Below, one piece after another: positions 12,471 to 24,373 of a DNA stretch of 64,000 nt. Location of the stretch: positions 620,001 through 684,000 of the forward strand of contig OZ218965.1 in assembly GCA_965112735.1 (NCBI GenBank), given 5' to 3'. The notes beneath the pieces were generated by a model, which saw only the letters and a program-made list of their open reading frames with translations, made no database searches and was not told the origin of the DNA. The translations under genes were made by a program, and so were the position numbers. Position 1 is the stretch's first letter. Each line of letters starts with the position of its first letter. Source of the stretch: Phaeosaccion multiseriatum (lineage: Eukaryota > Protista > Ochrophyta, other classes).

Positions 12471-12650
12471 TCGACCCCTGACGCTATCCCGGCGCCAGCC
12501 GGCGCGCTATCCGCTATCGCCGGCGCCAGCCGGCTGTGGGGCGTGCTATCCGCTGTCGCCGGCGCCAGCCGATCCGCTATCCGCTATCGGGGGCGGGGGG
12601 GGGCGATAGCGCGATATCGCGAATGTGGGCGATAGCGCGTCAGGGGTCGA
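12471..12650. mobile_element. Putative non-autonomous TIR element (MITE), 180 bp, 6-bp target-site duplication
   Basis: Perfect 14-bp inverted termini TCGACCCCTGACGC / GCGTCAGGGGTCGA, flanked on both sides by AAAGGG. Internal repeats GCTATCCGCTATCG and GGCGCCAGCCG. Confidence 0.75.
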
Positions 12651-13114
12651 AAAGGGAGCGGGGCGTCGATCGAAGTGGAGTGGTATTAAGCGAGGTCGAA
12701 ACTGAGACTGAAACTGGTTTAAGCGAGGGGGCGTAGCTCCTGCAGACGCAGCAGTAGCAGGAGTCGGAGCTAGAGGAGTGCCCCCGAGGGCCGGACCGGA
12801 GTAGAGGGCGGGGGAGGGTTGCAGCTCCTTACCCATCCAGCCCCCGCCCCCAGTCCCCCAGCGATTAGCAGGCCATTGATTGCCAGCGATTGGCAGGCCA
12901 TTGATTGCCATGCAGATCGCTCCGTTTACAGAGAAGGTCGAGCGCCTCTCAGCCTTCTGGGGTGGTCTCGCATCACCAGTGAAGCCGAGGGCGGGAGGGT
13001 GGGGCGACTACCGGCAGCGCTCGACGAGTGTTCTGTTCTATAGAGTGCGCGCACTTTGGGACGCCTTTCGGCCAAAGCCTTAAAGCCCCCCCCCCAGTAT
13101 CGAGAGTCAGTTGC

Positions 13115-13250
13115 TCACTCCTCCAGCCGCCTGGGGCCCAAGTCCTCGCCTTCGCTCTCCGACTCGCTCAAGAGGCTGTACTGGCTCCAGAGAGCCGCAG
13201 ATGTGACTATAGCGGCGCCTGAGGTGAAGCGCGCACGCGGTCGGCCTTAG

Positions 13251-13286
<36 letters not shown>

Positions 13287-14786
13287 CAAGAAGAACAAGG
13301 CCCACTCACTCACCGAGCAGCCCTTGTGGCCCGAGTCTCTCGTCAAGCACTACTCTAGCGAAAATGGCTGCATACACCGGGTCGAGACAGTAGATCACAG
13401 CCGCCTGCTCAGCCGGCACGGCCTTCTGGCCAATGGCCTGCAGCCAGTTGGTGAGTGCGGTGGTGACGAAGGCGAGGTAGGCCAGGAGAGGGGCTCCGGC
13501 CTGCAGCGCGCGGATGGTGTCCGCCGCGGTGTGTGGATCATCCTTCGACAAAGAAAGGAAACATTATGCCATCAGGATGGTCCTCGTGATAAACATAACA
13601 CTCCCTTTAATAAACACATCTCACCCATGGTTGGGTGCCCGCACACCACAGCCCGCACAGCCCCGCTGTGATCCACAAGTTGGCGCTGTTGAGGGCAAGA
13701 GCGTTGTCGATGCTCTTGGCGTACGTCTCGAGGCGAATGATGAACATTGCGCTACTTGCAGCCGCTAGCATGCTCAAGACGTCGCCCACATTGGGGGGAG
13801 AGCCGTCGTAAGACAGCAGCACCTACCGCAGAAGAAAGAAACGAGGCGCCGCTCTTGAGAAGGGAGAACAGAGAGCAAGGGCTTGCTTCAAGGGGGGGCG
13901 ACTCACCGTCCCGACAAAAGCTGCGAGGCAGCTGAGCCACGTGTTGAGGCTGATTGTCTTGCCAAAGATGGCAAAGGCGAAGAAGGGGACGAGCTTAACG
14001 TTGAGGTAGAGCAAGAAGGCGCTCCGACTGGCCGTGGTGTACTCCAAGCCAATGGTCTGAAACATAAAGCCCGCAAACATCCAGCACCCCAGCTCCGCCC
14101 CTGCTCGCCACACATCAGCAGGAGCAGCAGCAGCGCTCACTTCTCCGCCCCTCTGCGAAGAGTCAGGGTCCGTACAAAGGTGGAGAAGTCAGAAACCGCC
14201 GGGACACTGCGTACCAAGCCCGAAGACGGACCACACTTACCGGCGCCTTGCCGCTAATATCTCCCGCAAAGGGGAGTGTCGGGGGAGACTCAAGCAGACC
14301 AGGCGTCCACGGAGAAAAGAGCAAAGCCGCCAGTAAGAAGCGGGCAAAATTGGCTGCCCCTGGCGCCAGCGAATCGTCAGAGATCAAGAGTTTGATGACG
14401 CTGTGTTGCGTTCCCCACAGTACCGTCACCACATTGAGAAGCACCAGGGGAACGAGCGGGAAACCCTGTCCTCCCTCTGCTGCTGCTGCTGCTGCTGCTG
14501 CTTCTCCTGCTTGGAAGTCAGCCGACTCTGCTTCGCCCAAAGAGTCTTCCTGTGCACCTACGCTGCGGCTACTACTGTGTAAGGGCGAGAATGGCACCGC
14601 ACGTGCCCTCTTCCGGCCAGATAACAGTCCCCCTGAAGCTGCATGTCTCACGAGATAGGCACCGCCACTCCGTACGTTCTGCGTCAACGGCCGAGTGGGA
14701 GCGCAAAAGCCATGCACACAGCTTTGGTTTGCGAACAAGAGAAGAAGGCCTGGTGTAGCCAGTCGCCGCCTCCTCCAATTCTTCAT
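13115..14786 (-). CDS. EamA/DMT superfamily transporter, probably plastid-targeted, 5 exons
   Basis: LWGTQHSVIK, NFARFLLAA, FQTIGLEYTTASRSAFLLYLNVKLVP, QAIGQKAVPAEQAAVIYCLDPVYAAIFA. N-terminal hydrophobic stretch ending VHG|F. Confidence 0.9.
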
Positions 14787-14944
14787 GTGCCCCCCTTTAC
14801 TTTCACTGGGGCTAGGGAGAGGGGCTATTCCCATAAGGACTGGCCTTTGTCTAAAAGTAAAGGGCACTTCCTTGGTGGCTGCATTGTTCATCCGGGGGGG
14901 GGGAATCACAGAGCCGTGGCCCTTTTTGGAAAAAAAAAGTAAAT

Positions 14945-15949
14945 ATGGAAGGGGGCGACCTAGGGGATGAACTCCTCTATGAAGCTTGTCACGAGACCTT
15001 GGCAAAGCCCGAGCTCTTCCGTGTTATCTTGGGGTGCTTGGGGAGCGGGCACTTCTGCTTCGTGGCGGGTGTGTGCGAGGAGTGGAAGAACCGCTACACC
15101 GACAGATATCCAGCAGCGAAGACGAACTTCTCGACTGTGGTCAGCTCCGTGGAGTGTCTAAACTGGGCGACCAGTAGGCAGGGCCTTGAATTAAGTGATG
15201 AGCTCTTCAACGCTGCTGTGGGGGATGGAAATGTAGAGGTATGCGTGGCACTCCATGACAAGGGCTGTGCATTTATGGACTATGGAACGTACACTGAAGC
15301 CACGTTCAACAAAGAGCATGGTCTGGCTGTGCTCCAGTGGCTGCGCTCGGAGGACCTCCCTGGCAAGGAAGAGTGCCCGTGGGACGAGAGCATCTCTTCC
15401 ATATGTCAAGACGCCGCAGCGGTGGGGAACTTGGAGATACTCAAGTGGCTGATGTCGGACGAGGTCGGTGCAGAAATGGATTCCGACTCGTGGACCTCCG
15501 CCTGTATGGGTGGGGGCACCCCAGTCCTGGAATGGTTGCTCGAGCATCCTTCCACGAGAGCCTTGCTGGAAGAGAATGAAGACGGCCAATGGCGCAAGGG
15601 TATCCTTAAAGTAGCTGGGAGTGGCGATCTGGACGCACTGCAGCTCCTCTACGCGAAAGCTCGGGACCTCTTTGATTGGGGCGCTGATGTCTGCTTCATC
15701 GCAGTTATGAAAGGAGCGGTCCTTGCAGCCATTAAGGGAGACAGCCTCGCCATGCTGAAATGGCTCCGATCAGAGGAAGTGCAGTGCGACTGGGACGAAA
15801 GGTCTTGCCCACAAGTCATCAGAGACAGAGGTTTATATCCAGAGTGGGAATGGGATGAAACCGCGGTATGGGATATCGAGGCCGAGACCTTTGAGGAGGT
15901 GAAGCAATGGGTGCACTCGAACGGCCACCCCTGCGACTGCCAGGACTGA
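14945..15949 (+). CDS. Intronless ankyrin-repeat-like protein (CPWDE-type repeats, F-box-like N-terminus)
   Basis: 334-aa single ORF with ILGCLGSGHFCFVAGVCEEW and repeated AA..G.LE.LKWL...C.WDE units. Confidence 0.8.
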   Translation: MEGGDLGDELLYEACHETLAKPELFRVILGCLGSGHFCFVAGVCEEWKNRYTDRYPAAKTNFSTVVSSVECLNWATSRQGLELSDELFNAAVGDGNVEVCVALHDKGCAFMDYGTYTEATFNKEHGLAVLQWLRSEDLPGKEECPWDESISSICQDAAAVGNLEILKWLMSDEVGAEMDSDSWTSACMGGGTPVLEWLLEHPSTRALLEENEDGQWRKGILKVAGSGDLDALQLLYAKARDLFDWGADVCFIAVMKGAVLAAIKGDSLAMLKWLRSEEVQCDWDERSCPQVIRDRGLYPEWEWDETAVWDIEAETFEEVKQWVHSNGHPCDCQD

Positions 15950-16209
15950 GGATGAGGTGCTGGCGCGGAGAGAGATACGGGACAAGAATAGCACGAAGCT
16001 GTATTTAGTGGGGCAGACAGAAGGCGCTGAGACATGTGCTTGGTTCTCTGCGAGGGGCGGCTGTCTTGGACTCTGGGGCAGAAGAATATCGGCTTCCTGG
16101 CTTCCCGCCGCCCTCTGGCAGAAGGACTGTGAAGCACTACTAACGTAACACATGAGTAGGGAACAAGGAGTACAAGGAGTCAAGTCATAATTATACTTGA
16201 CTCTTCTAT

Positions 16210-19200
16210 CTATGCCTTGCCGCTTGGGTACGTCGCCTCGGAGAAAACCTGTGGGAGGGGGGCCAGGCGGGAGGGGGGGAAGCAGCACGTGTCAACAAGT
16301 GCTCTCTCGATGCGGGCTCAATCCCCCACGCACTAACGCACGCACCACGCACCCGTTTGTCGTGATCCGGACACAATATGGTGAGCTTATTGCACGCTAC
16401 GATGAGGTCGGGGAGAGACTTGTACTGGCGGGGCCCGTCGTTGAGCGTCAGGTACAGAAGCTCGTTCTCCAGCTTCACCTGGGGGGCAACCAGCAGCAGC
16501 AGCAGCACAGCACAACACGAGTGCCATCAGACTACTGTGGCGGGCGGGCGAGGTGACACGATGGTCTTGAACGGACCCTCACCACCGGCGCCTGTCTCTT
16601 AGCAATAACTAACCCCTTTCCTTGGTGCTGTGCCCATTGCCAACCCTCTTGACTTCCGTGCCTCTTGCTGCTGGAGCACTGACCGCCCACTGACTGACCA
16701 CTCACCACCACGTGCGTGACGAGCCTCCGAGTGATGCCCGGCTGCCCGTTTCGGACGCTTTCGTTGTACGAAATGACCAGGCTGCCTGGCTCGCTCTCTG
16801 AGAAGCGCAGAAGGAATGCTCCCATCGGCTTGCCCAGCAGCTGTGCGGTATGGTGACACACGAGACGGCGACTTGACCTTAGAAAACTTGGAACAGAGCT
16901 CATCTTCCCGTATGCATCAACAAATCATGCCGGACGTACCAGTTCCTCAGCTCTGGTCCTGCCCATGAAGCCGTGTATTAGTACGAGGGTGAAGTTCCAC
17001 TCGGCTTCGAGGAAGCGCAGCAGCTTCAATGTGGGCCCCCACCACCTGACGGAGAGAGAGGCGCAGAGCGGGGGGGGGGGCGAAGGTTGCAAAGGTTCAT
17101 CTCACCTCTCGCCCAATGGACCAACCACACACACATACACACACTCTCTCTCTCTCTCTCTCTCTCACCGTCCAAAGAGCACAAAGACATCGCGCGAGAT
17201 CTCCTCGGCGTCCACTGGCGGCCCGACGGCTTGCTTCCCTGCCAGTACCCACAGTCTGCGCCAAAGGTACGCACTGTCCTCCGGGTACAGGCCTCGGGGT
17301 GTGTGCTCCGAGAAGGGGGAGTACAGTTCATCCACCCCCGACCCGTCTCCTTTACACGTGCATATTTGGCTCTCGAGTGCCCTCTTCAGGGACTCCCACG
17401 TGACTGCATCCGTCCGGACCCCTCCTGTCGCTCGAGCCCAAGCCTGTTTAGAAAGCTCATTTGGCAACCCTGCTAGATGGGCTTCACTCCCAGTCTCATC
17501 TTGAGGCCCCTCGCTCCCTGCAGCCGAACTGCGGCTGCTAGTGCTGGAGTCCAAATCGCAAGGCAGGTAGCTCGCTCGTATTGCCTTGGCCTTGCTCACC
17601 ATTGCCTGAGAGTGCAGCGTGTGCGCCGCGAGAGCGTGCACCAGCTGGAGGAGTGTGCCGGGATGTCCCTCGCACACCTGAATAGCAGGCAGCTGCCCCA
17701 TCGGTACGAAGCACTGCTCCATCGTCTGCACACTCTCGTCGTTCTCGCTCACAGCAAGCTCCTCCTTGGACAGCCCCCTCGGCCTATGTAAGTATAGCAG
17801 CTGCGCGCACTCGGTGTCCGTGAGCCTCCGAGTGCTTAGCACCTTCTCCTTAAAGTTAATGAAGTGCTGCAGTGCGTTGGGAACTTGAGTCAAGCGCTCC
17901 TGACAAGTGCTCAGCACCACGAGGTTGTTGTTGAGAGTGAGCATTTCGTTGAGCGTGTTCACCACGGCCCCCATCATCTCCTTCTTGTGGGCTGCCTTGA
18001 CTCCTTCCGTGAGCGTGTCTACTCCGTCCAGCACGAGCAGCACCTTCCCCTCCACAGTGTCTCCCACCCTGTCGCTCACTCGCTCCAGAAAAAGGTACTC
18101 CAGCAGCTCCCTTGCTGCCCAGCGCTCGGAATTGTCAGCGCCCTCCTCAGCCACCAAGCTACCGCCGCTTTTGTTCAGAGCGGTCTTGAGCAGAGAAAAC
18201 AAGTTCTTGTCGCGCAGAATGTCGTCCTTGATGAGACTGGTGCAGTGAGCGGCCACGTCTACGAAGAAAATGTTTTCGAACTGCCTCCGCATGAGGACGT
18301 AAGAGCACGCCATGATGGCCTGCAGCGTCTTGCCCGACGCTCTGCCGCCCGTGATGGTCACACAGCTAGACGAGCAAATCCCCTCCACCACGCGCTGAAT
18401 GTCGAGTGCCGCCGTATCTCCGACCACTTCTCGACTCACAGGGAGGTTATACTTGTAAGGCAAAGGCTTGGTTTGGTCGTTGAAGGCCCCATCACGCAAG
18501 CCGCCGTGAGGAAACACTACGACGTTGTGGTCCACCCAGTCCTGAGGAGCGGAAAGGGCGAGTTGGAATCTGAAGGCTGCAGGTGTACAGCCCCCCAGCC
18601 TGCCTTCTCCCTCCCATGACTCTCTCCATATCTCTCCTCTGTGCCTCTCCCCTCCCATGAATCGCACCGGCTCCTCCTATCCCTCCTCTCACTCTCTCCC
18701 TCTCTCACCGGCATTAGGAGGAATTTATTCCCCTCCACGTCTGGGCGGGTCTTTTTGTCACACATTAGGCAAGAGATGGCGGCCTCGAAAGACCCTGTAA
18801 CTGTGAGGCCCTCCAAGAGGGCTGTGCACGAGAGGAGAGGAAAGGGAAACTCAAATCAGCCGCTCAGACACAGAGGAGAGGAAGGAGGATACACCGTGCA
18901 GTCTTACCCGAGTAGAAGCTGCTTGCGAAGGCCGTCGCGGCCATGTCTGTCACCGCGTCTTTGGTCTTGACAGCGACCACGTGCTTGACGCCCGCGGCGA
19001 CGAACCTCTCCCCTGCTGCTTGCGAATGGCAAGCGCTTACAAACACAACAGAGGTCACCACCCCTCCCGCCCGGAAAAGGCGGCCGAGGTCATCGGCGTT
19101 CATCTCCAGCAGCATCCCGCACTTGTCCTTCTCCCCGTCGCCCTGTTCGAAGGCCAGCATGTTTGTCTCGGGGAAGCCGTGCCCACTGTAGTGAAGCATT

Positions 19201-19969
19201 GTGCAGCCTTTGTTCAGCAGTCTTCTGAACCTCTCCGGGGTGGCAATCTCCGCCTGAAAAGTCACCTTCTTCCCTGTTTCTTTGATGGCAGAGCGGATAG
19301 CCTTGAGCTCCCCTTCAATGGCCAGGGTGGGGAGCGCCTCTCTTTTCCGCGCACCGGGAGGAACCCAGGCCAAAGGGGAGGCCGAGATGTAGCCCAGCCG
19401 GACCTGAACAAAGACGGGCAAGCAGCGGGCATGAGGAGAGAGAAGCCAGCAAGCCTTGCTGAGATGTGTACTTGAGCCTATGGGCTCGGTATTCGGGCGC
19501 TTGACATGAGTGCGAAGTGGGGGGATGTGTATATGGTGAAAGGCGTTTTAGAGTCGGGGGGCGTAGTGAAGAAAGCTCAGGAAGAAAGCTCTGGAAGAAA
19601 GCTCTAAAGCGGGACGTGGATGGAAGGTTGGGTGGGATGGTGGAGAGGGCAAATTAAGAGGAGGGAGGACGTGATTGGAGGGTAGGAGGTGAGTGGAACA
19701 TGGGAGGTAAGAGGCATTGGCGAAGAGTAGGTTTGGAGGGAGGAGTGGAGCAATTAGAGGGTGGCTGGTGGGGGAGGGGGAGGTGGGCGTGGCTTGGTGA
19801 AGGTGAGCGTGGTAGCCTGAGGAAGGTGGTGGAGACGGGAGGGTGGGGTGGGGCAGGACGATCGGAAGGGGCGGCCGTAGCGAGACAAGACACTCACCAC
19901 AGGGTCATGTTGGGACAGTGCCTCCCTGGAAGGCGGGCGCGGCAGCGTCGAGTCGTCTCTCGTCGTCAT
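16210..19969 (-). CDS. CHAT (caspase-like) protease - STAND P-loop NTPase - STAT-type linker-SH2 fusion protein, about 8 exons
   Basis: LHYSGHG and VFVSACHS (CHAT dyad); Walker A GGRASGKT, Walker B VLLVLDGVD and GHP motif; RGLYPEDSAYL..WW..EW..IHGFMGR..LLGKPMGAFLLRFSESEPGSLVISY. Exons join in frame through GT-AG introns. First exon is less certain. Confidence 0.85.
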
Positions 19970-20220
19970 GGCAGGAGGCAGCCCCCCCTCCCCGTTCCGT
20001 CTTCTCCTTCTCAAAGAGGAACGCCTCCTCTAACAGGGAGGGAAAGGGGCCTCGTCCTTCTCTTCAACCTATCATGAGCAGCCAGAGTCTTCTGAGATAG
20101 GCTTTGTCACACAGGGGGATATCGCATGGGGAATGATATAGAAGGGAGAGGGAGGGGCGAATATGTGGAACTTCAAATTGACTCTCTCTCTCCCTCTCTC
20201 TCTTATAAATTTCCTTGTGA

Positions 20221-20900
20221 ATGACTATGAGAAACCCTGTGCTCGTCTTCCTCTTGCTGGTGTTGTTGCAAGTCTTGGTCGCCGACGGCTTCTTCCTTAG
20301 CCTAGGAATGAGTGCAAAAGCCAGCAGTGGCGGCAGCGGGTGGGGCAATGCAAATTGGAACTGGGGCTCTCCAGTTGGAGAGGCCCACAACGTGGCGGGA
20401 AAGACAAGGGCGAAGCTTAGGAGTAATTCCCAAAGGACAGAGTGGTTACTGCAGACTCTGGCAGATCCAGGTACGTACGGAGAGGATCAGTCAACTCGCT
20501 CACCGCCATGCACACACCTACACCTGCCAGACACCTCACTCTTCCGAACCTACCCATGCATGCCCCACCAGAGGCAATTCCTTTCGAAGAGGTGAAAATG
20601 GTACTTGCTCTACGATGGCAAATGGCCGCGAGAGAGGGAATTGATGGAGGCGCATCCGGCTATGCCGAGGTACTGGAAAACATGAGGCAGTGTAAGTACG
20701 AAGTGAAGGGGGGGGAAGAGGCTTTGGCCAAAGATATGGACGAAAGGATCCCCCTCGTGCCCTTCGTCGATGTGGAGAGGCTCGAGGCGTTTGTGTATGA
20801 GACTGTCACAGACTGTTGTAAAGACTCTTTGCCGGAGCCGGCCCGTGTCGCAGCAGTAAAGGTGCTCGTCGCTCTTGAGTTCCTGGAGAGAGGCTGCTGA
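20221..20900 (+). CDS. Uncharacterised protein, probably plastid-targeted, 2 exons
   Basis: Signal peptide ...LLQVLVADG|FF, then WNWGSPVGEAH, intron about 20471-20571, then FEEVKMVLALRWQ...VLVALEFLERGC*. Confidence 0.7.
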
Positions 20901-21556
20901 GGAGCGCCAGCTTGGACTCGTGCAAAGGAAGCATGAGCTTCGCGGGCTCCCTCGTAGACAAGCCCTTCCACAGAGCTGGAGATGCCTAAAGTCGCCTTTC
21001 CAATGGGAAGCTCCTCTTTCTCCTTCTGGCGGTGGCATGTGAGAGGCAGCACTGCGTATTGGCCGACCGCAGAGTAGAGGTGTGCCCCAAGCAAGGGGTC
21101 CAAGGGGGCCGAAGAGAGAGAAGACAACGCCCAAGAAGCACCCCCTCGCCATGGTCTCGAGGAGGAGGAGGCTTCCACGGAAGGGAAGCACAAGAAGGGA
21201 GGAATGGAGAAGCCGCGCAACACCTCCCGCCCTGCCACCGCTGCTCGTGGACAGAGAGGGCAAGGGGGGGGAGCAGCCCAGCCGCCCTTGTGCAGCGAAG
21301 AGGAAGGCCCTCCGGGTGGGAGATGGAGGTCCAGCTACCCGAGAGATCCCGCAGATATCATTGAGTGCATCGTGGTGCGCTGCCGGGCACAGAGAGGCTG
21401 GATCCTACGGGCGAATCTAATGACCAATGGATGAAGTAGAATAGATATATGCCAGTTGTGATCTCTCCGTAAGCCAACGAATCTTAGATACCCCGGCCAA
21501 GGAGCCGTTCGTCTCTCTTCTCTCTTCATCAATCATCTGTCTTCCCTCTCTCCTCC

Positions 21557-24069
21557 ATGATTCGACTTCTAGAACACCTTTGCGGCCTACCCGCTGAACT
21601 GTCTGCGGCACGCACTACTTCTGTCGGGATCCTCGCGGCCGCTGTGCTGGCCTCGTGGTTGGCAGAAGCAGTAGCAGCGGACACAGAAGCAGACAACGCA
21701 GCTTACAGGAGGGCTCAGGAGGCCTTTGTGTCTGATTTGACGGGGACGAGTATGAGAGAGATTGTCCTCGTGTCCCTTCCCGTACCCCTGGGGCTGTGGG
21801 TCCTGGGAGAGCTCACAGCGGCCTTGCAGCTCTTGCTGGGGCGCAGGGAGACCACCACCACCACTGAGAGGGGACGGAGGAGGAGCGACAGCGAAGGCGA
21901 TGGCGCATCAGGGACTGCGAGTGAGGAGACTTGTGAACTGCCTCTGCCTGAGGTGGCAAGCTTTTTGTTGGAGTTTACAGTTACGGTGTTGCCGTCCGTT
22001 CTCACCCTAGCGTGTGGGGACCAGGATGGCGGGAGGTGGAGGCGGGTGTTCTTGCTGTTTCTGCCCATGTTTCTGCTGGGTGGAGCATGCTCCGTATTTG
22101 TGCGCACCTATCGGCCCAGCCAGTCCCTCTCAGTGTCTGCACCCCCCCCTCCCGTGGAAACGCTGGCCATCCCCTGTCGGGGGGGGGGAACGACGATATT
22201 GTCCAATGAAGGCAATGGTACGAGCGGCAGTAGGGCAAGTAGCAGCAGGCCCGCGGTCGTCTCCAAGCAGGTGCTCATCGCAACGTGGAAGCGAGGCACC
22301 GCAGACTCTTTCTCCGGCCCTCGACCTGCTTTCGTCACCAATTTCCGTGCGGGGTTGATGGTGCTGACCTGTATCGCCATTTTGGCCGTCGACTTTCCAG
22401 CCTTTCCCCGACGTTTTGCAAAGGTGAATGAAAGGGAAGACCTTTGTCATGCTGGTACTGGTTCATACATTCCTTATTTATTGCCTACCCGGGTGTGGAT
22501 ACGTCCATAGCAGCTCGTCCTCCCTCTGCTGCTCCAGCTGCCAACCGCTCTCACGATCCCAATCAATGATGCCGTTCGCCTCTCTCAGACGGAGACCTTC
22601 GGCAGCGGCTTGATGGACCTTGGTACGGGAAGCATCGTTTTTGCGAGCGGGTTGGTGGCGAGCAAGGCAGAGGGAGAGAGGAGGGCCTCGAGCCGGAGTG
22701 CAGACACATCTCGTTCACCGCCCTCGGGCCCCGGCTTGGTGGCAGTGCTCCAGACCTGGCCGCTGCTCGTGCTCGGCTTCAGCCGCTTGGCAATGGTCAA
22801 GGTGCTGGGCTATCAGGAGCATGTGTCGGAGTACGGCGTGCATTGGAACTTCTTCTTAACCTTCTTGTGCGTCCGTGTGGTGACAAGCTGTGTGCTCAAG
22901 GCCACAGCATCGACCCCTGGGCTGCGAGCTCCTCTGGCGCTGGCAGCACTCACTGCCCACCAATTTGCGCTTTCGGTGCTCGGCATGACGGAGTACGTGC
23001 TGCACGCAGGTGCGGGAGGGAAGCGGAAGGAGTGTAGTGTTGGCAAGCCTTGCTCCATATAACCCAACGATGCCCTCTCTCTCTCTCTCTGCTCTCCCTC
23101 TCTCTCTCTCTCTCTCTCACCTCGCGTTGGCCAGACCGCGTGTCGCTGCTGTCCAAGAACAGAGAGGGTGTACTGGGCCTCACGGGCTACTGTGCCATCT
23201 TCTTCATCGCGGAGGACATAGGTACGTACGGCATGGGAGTCAAAGGAGTGGCGCTATGGCGCGGAGACAGCGTGCGCCTGTTCATCACATGACATCCGCT
23301 TATGTGATATCCACCATCACCTGTGTCTGCGTGTGCGCATCACCACCATCACCAAACATCATCCTTCTCCCGCTCCCGCCGCCCCTCCTCCACCCCTCCC
23401 CCACCCAGGCCGCCGCTTCCTGTGGCAGCGGCCGATCCACAAGAGCTCCAGCGTCCTCCTGTCATGGCGCCTGCGCTTGCTCCAGCTGCTGGGCGTGGAT
23501 GTGATGCTATGGCTCCTTGTGATGGTGTGTCGGACCTTCGTGCAGCCCCCCTCTCGGCGCCTCATGAACCTCTGCTACGTGCTGTGGTGCTGTGCGCACT
23601 GCGTGCTCTTGGTGCTGCTGCTGGGCGGCGCGGCGCTGTGCAGCTCTGCTCCAGCGGCCGGTAGGCTGTACAAGTCCATCAGCGATAACCAGGTAGGCGT
23701 GGTGCGTGGGTGTGGTGGGTGTGGTGGGTGGGTGAGTGGGAGGGCGGGGGGTGTCGGGGGCCGAGGAAAGGTACAAACCTCTTGACTCCGCTCTTGTCTC
23801 GATACGACTCTCTCACCCTACTGTTGTTGTTGTTGCTGCTCGCCCTTTGCTCGTGTGTGGGGCGTGGAGTGCAGTTTACCGTATTCCTGCTCTCCAACGT
23901 GGCCACGGGGGCGGTGAATCTCAGCACACGCACCCTGGAGCACTCGGACTCGGCGGCGAGGGGCGTGCTGCTGCTGTACATGTTGGCCGTGTGTTCGGCA
24001 AGCTGGGCCCTGCAGGCCAAAGGAGGCAAGCTCAAAGACAGCTGGACTCGCGCTAAGGGGGTTGACTAG
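21557..24069 (+). CDS. PIGW: GPI inositol acyltransferase PIG-W/GWT1, multi-exon
   Basis: EAFVSDLTGTS, LTCIAILAVDFPAFPRRFAK|TETFGSGLMDLGTG, YQEHVSEYGVHWNFFLT, NREG, PSRRLMNLCYVLW, FLLSNVATGAVNL. Confidence 0.95.
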
Positions 24070-24373
24070 GGCGACTAATCAATCAATCGTAATTGCCGAG
24101 AAAAGTTAAAATAGTCTCCCCCACAACAAAGAGTATGCGTTCCCTCTGCTGCCCTCTTGCCTCCCAAGTCTATTTCCCTCTCTCTCTGCCTCTCTTCTTT
24201 CTCCACCCCTCTCCTCTTCCCCTCTTCCGTCTCCTCTTGATCTTGAGGGAAGCATTTTCATCAGGGAGGAGCATGAAGCACAAAGATGGGGGCCCTACCT
24301 CTATGTTCTGTTTGTAGTCTAAAGATTGCTTTGTTTGTAAAGGGTAAGGATGGGGGGGGGGGCAAGGGTCGTC

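Noticed and set aside
12870-12912. Direct repeat GGCCATTGATTGCCA x2 around GATTGG (CCAAT-like)
   Set aside because: Too short to assign a regulatory role without TSS data.
20900-21500. Short ORFs between the plastid-protein gene and PIGW
   Set aside because: No recognisable motif or convincing splice structure.
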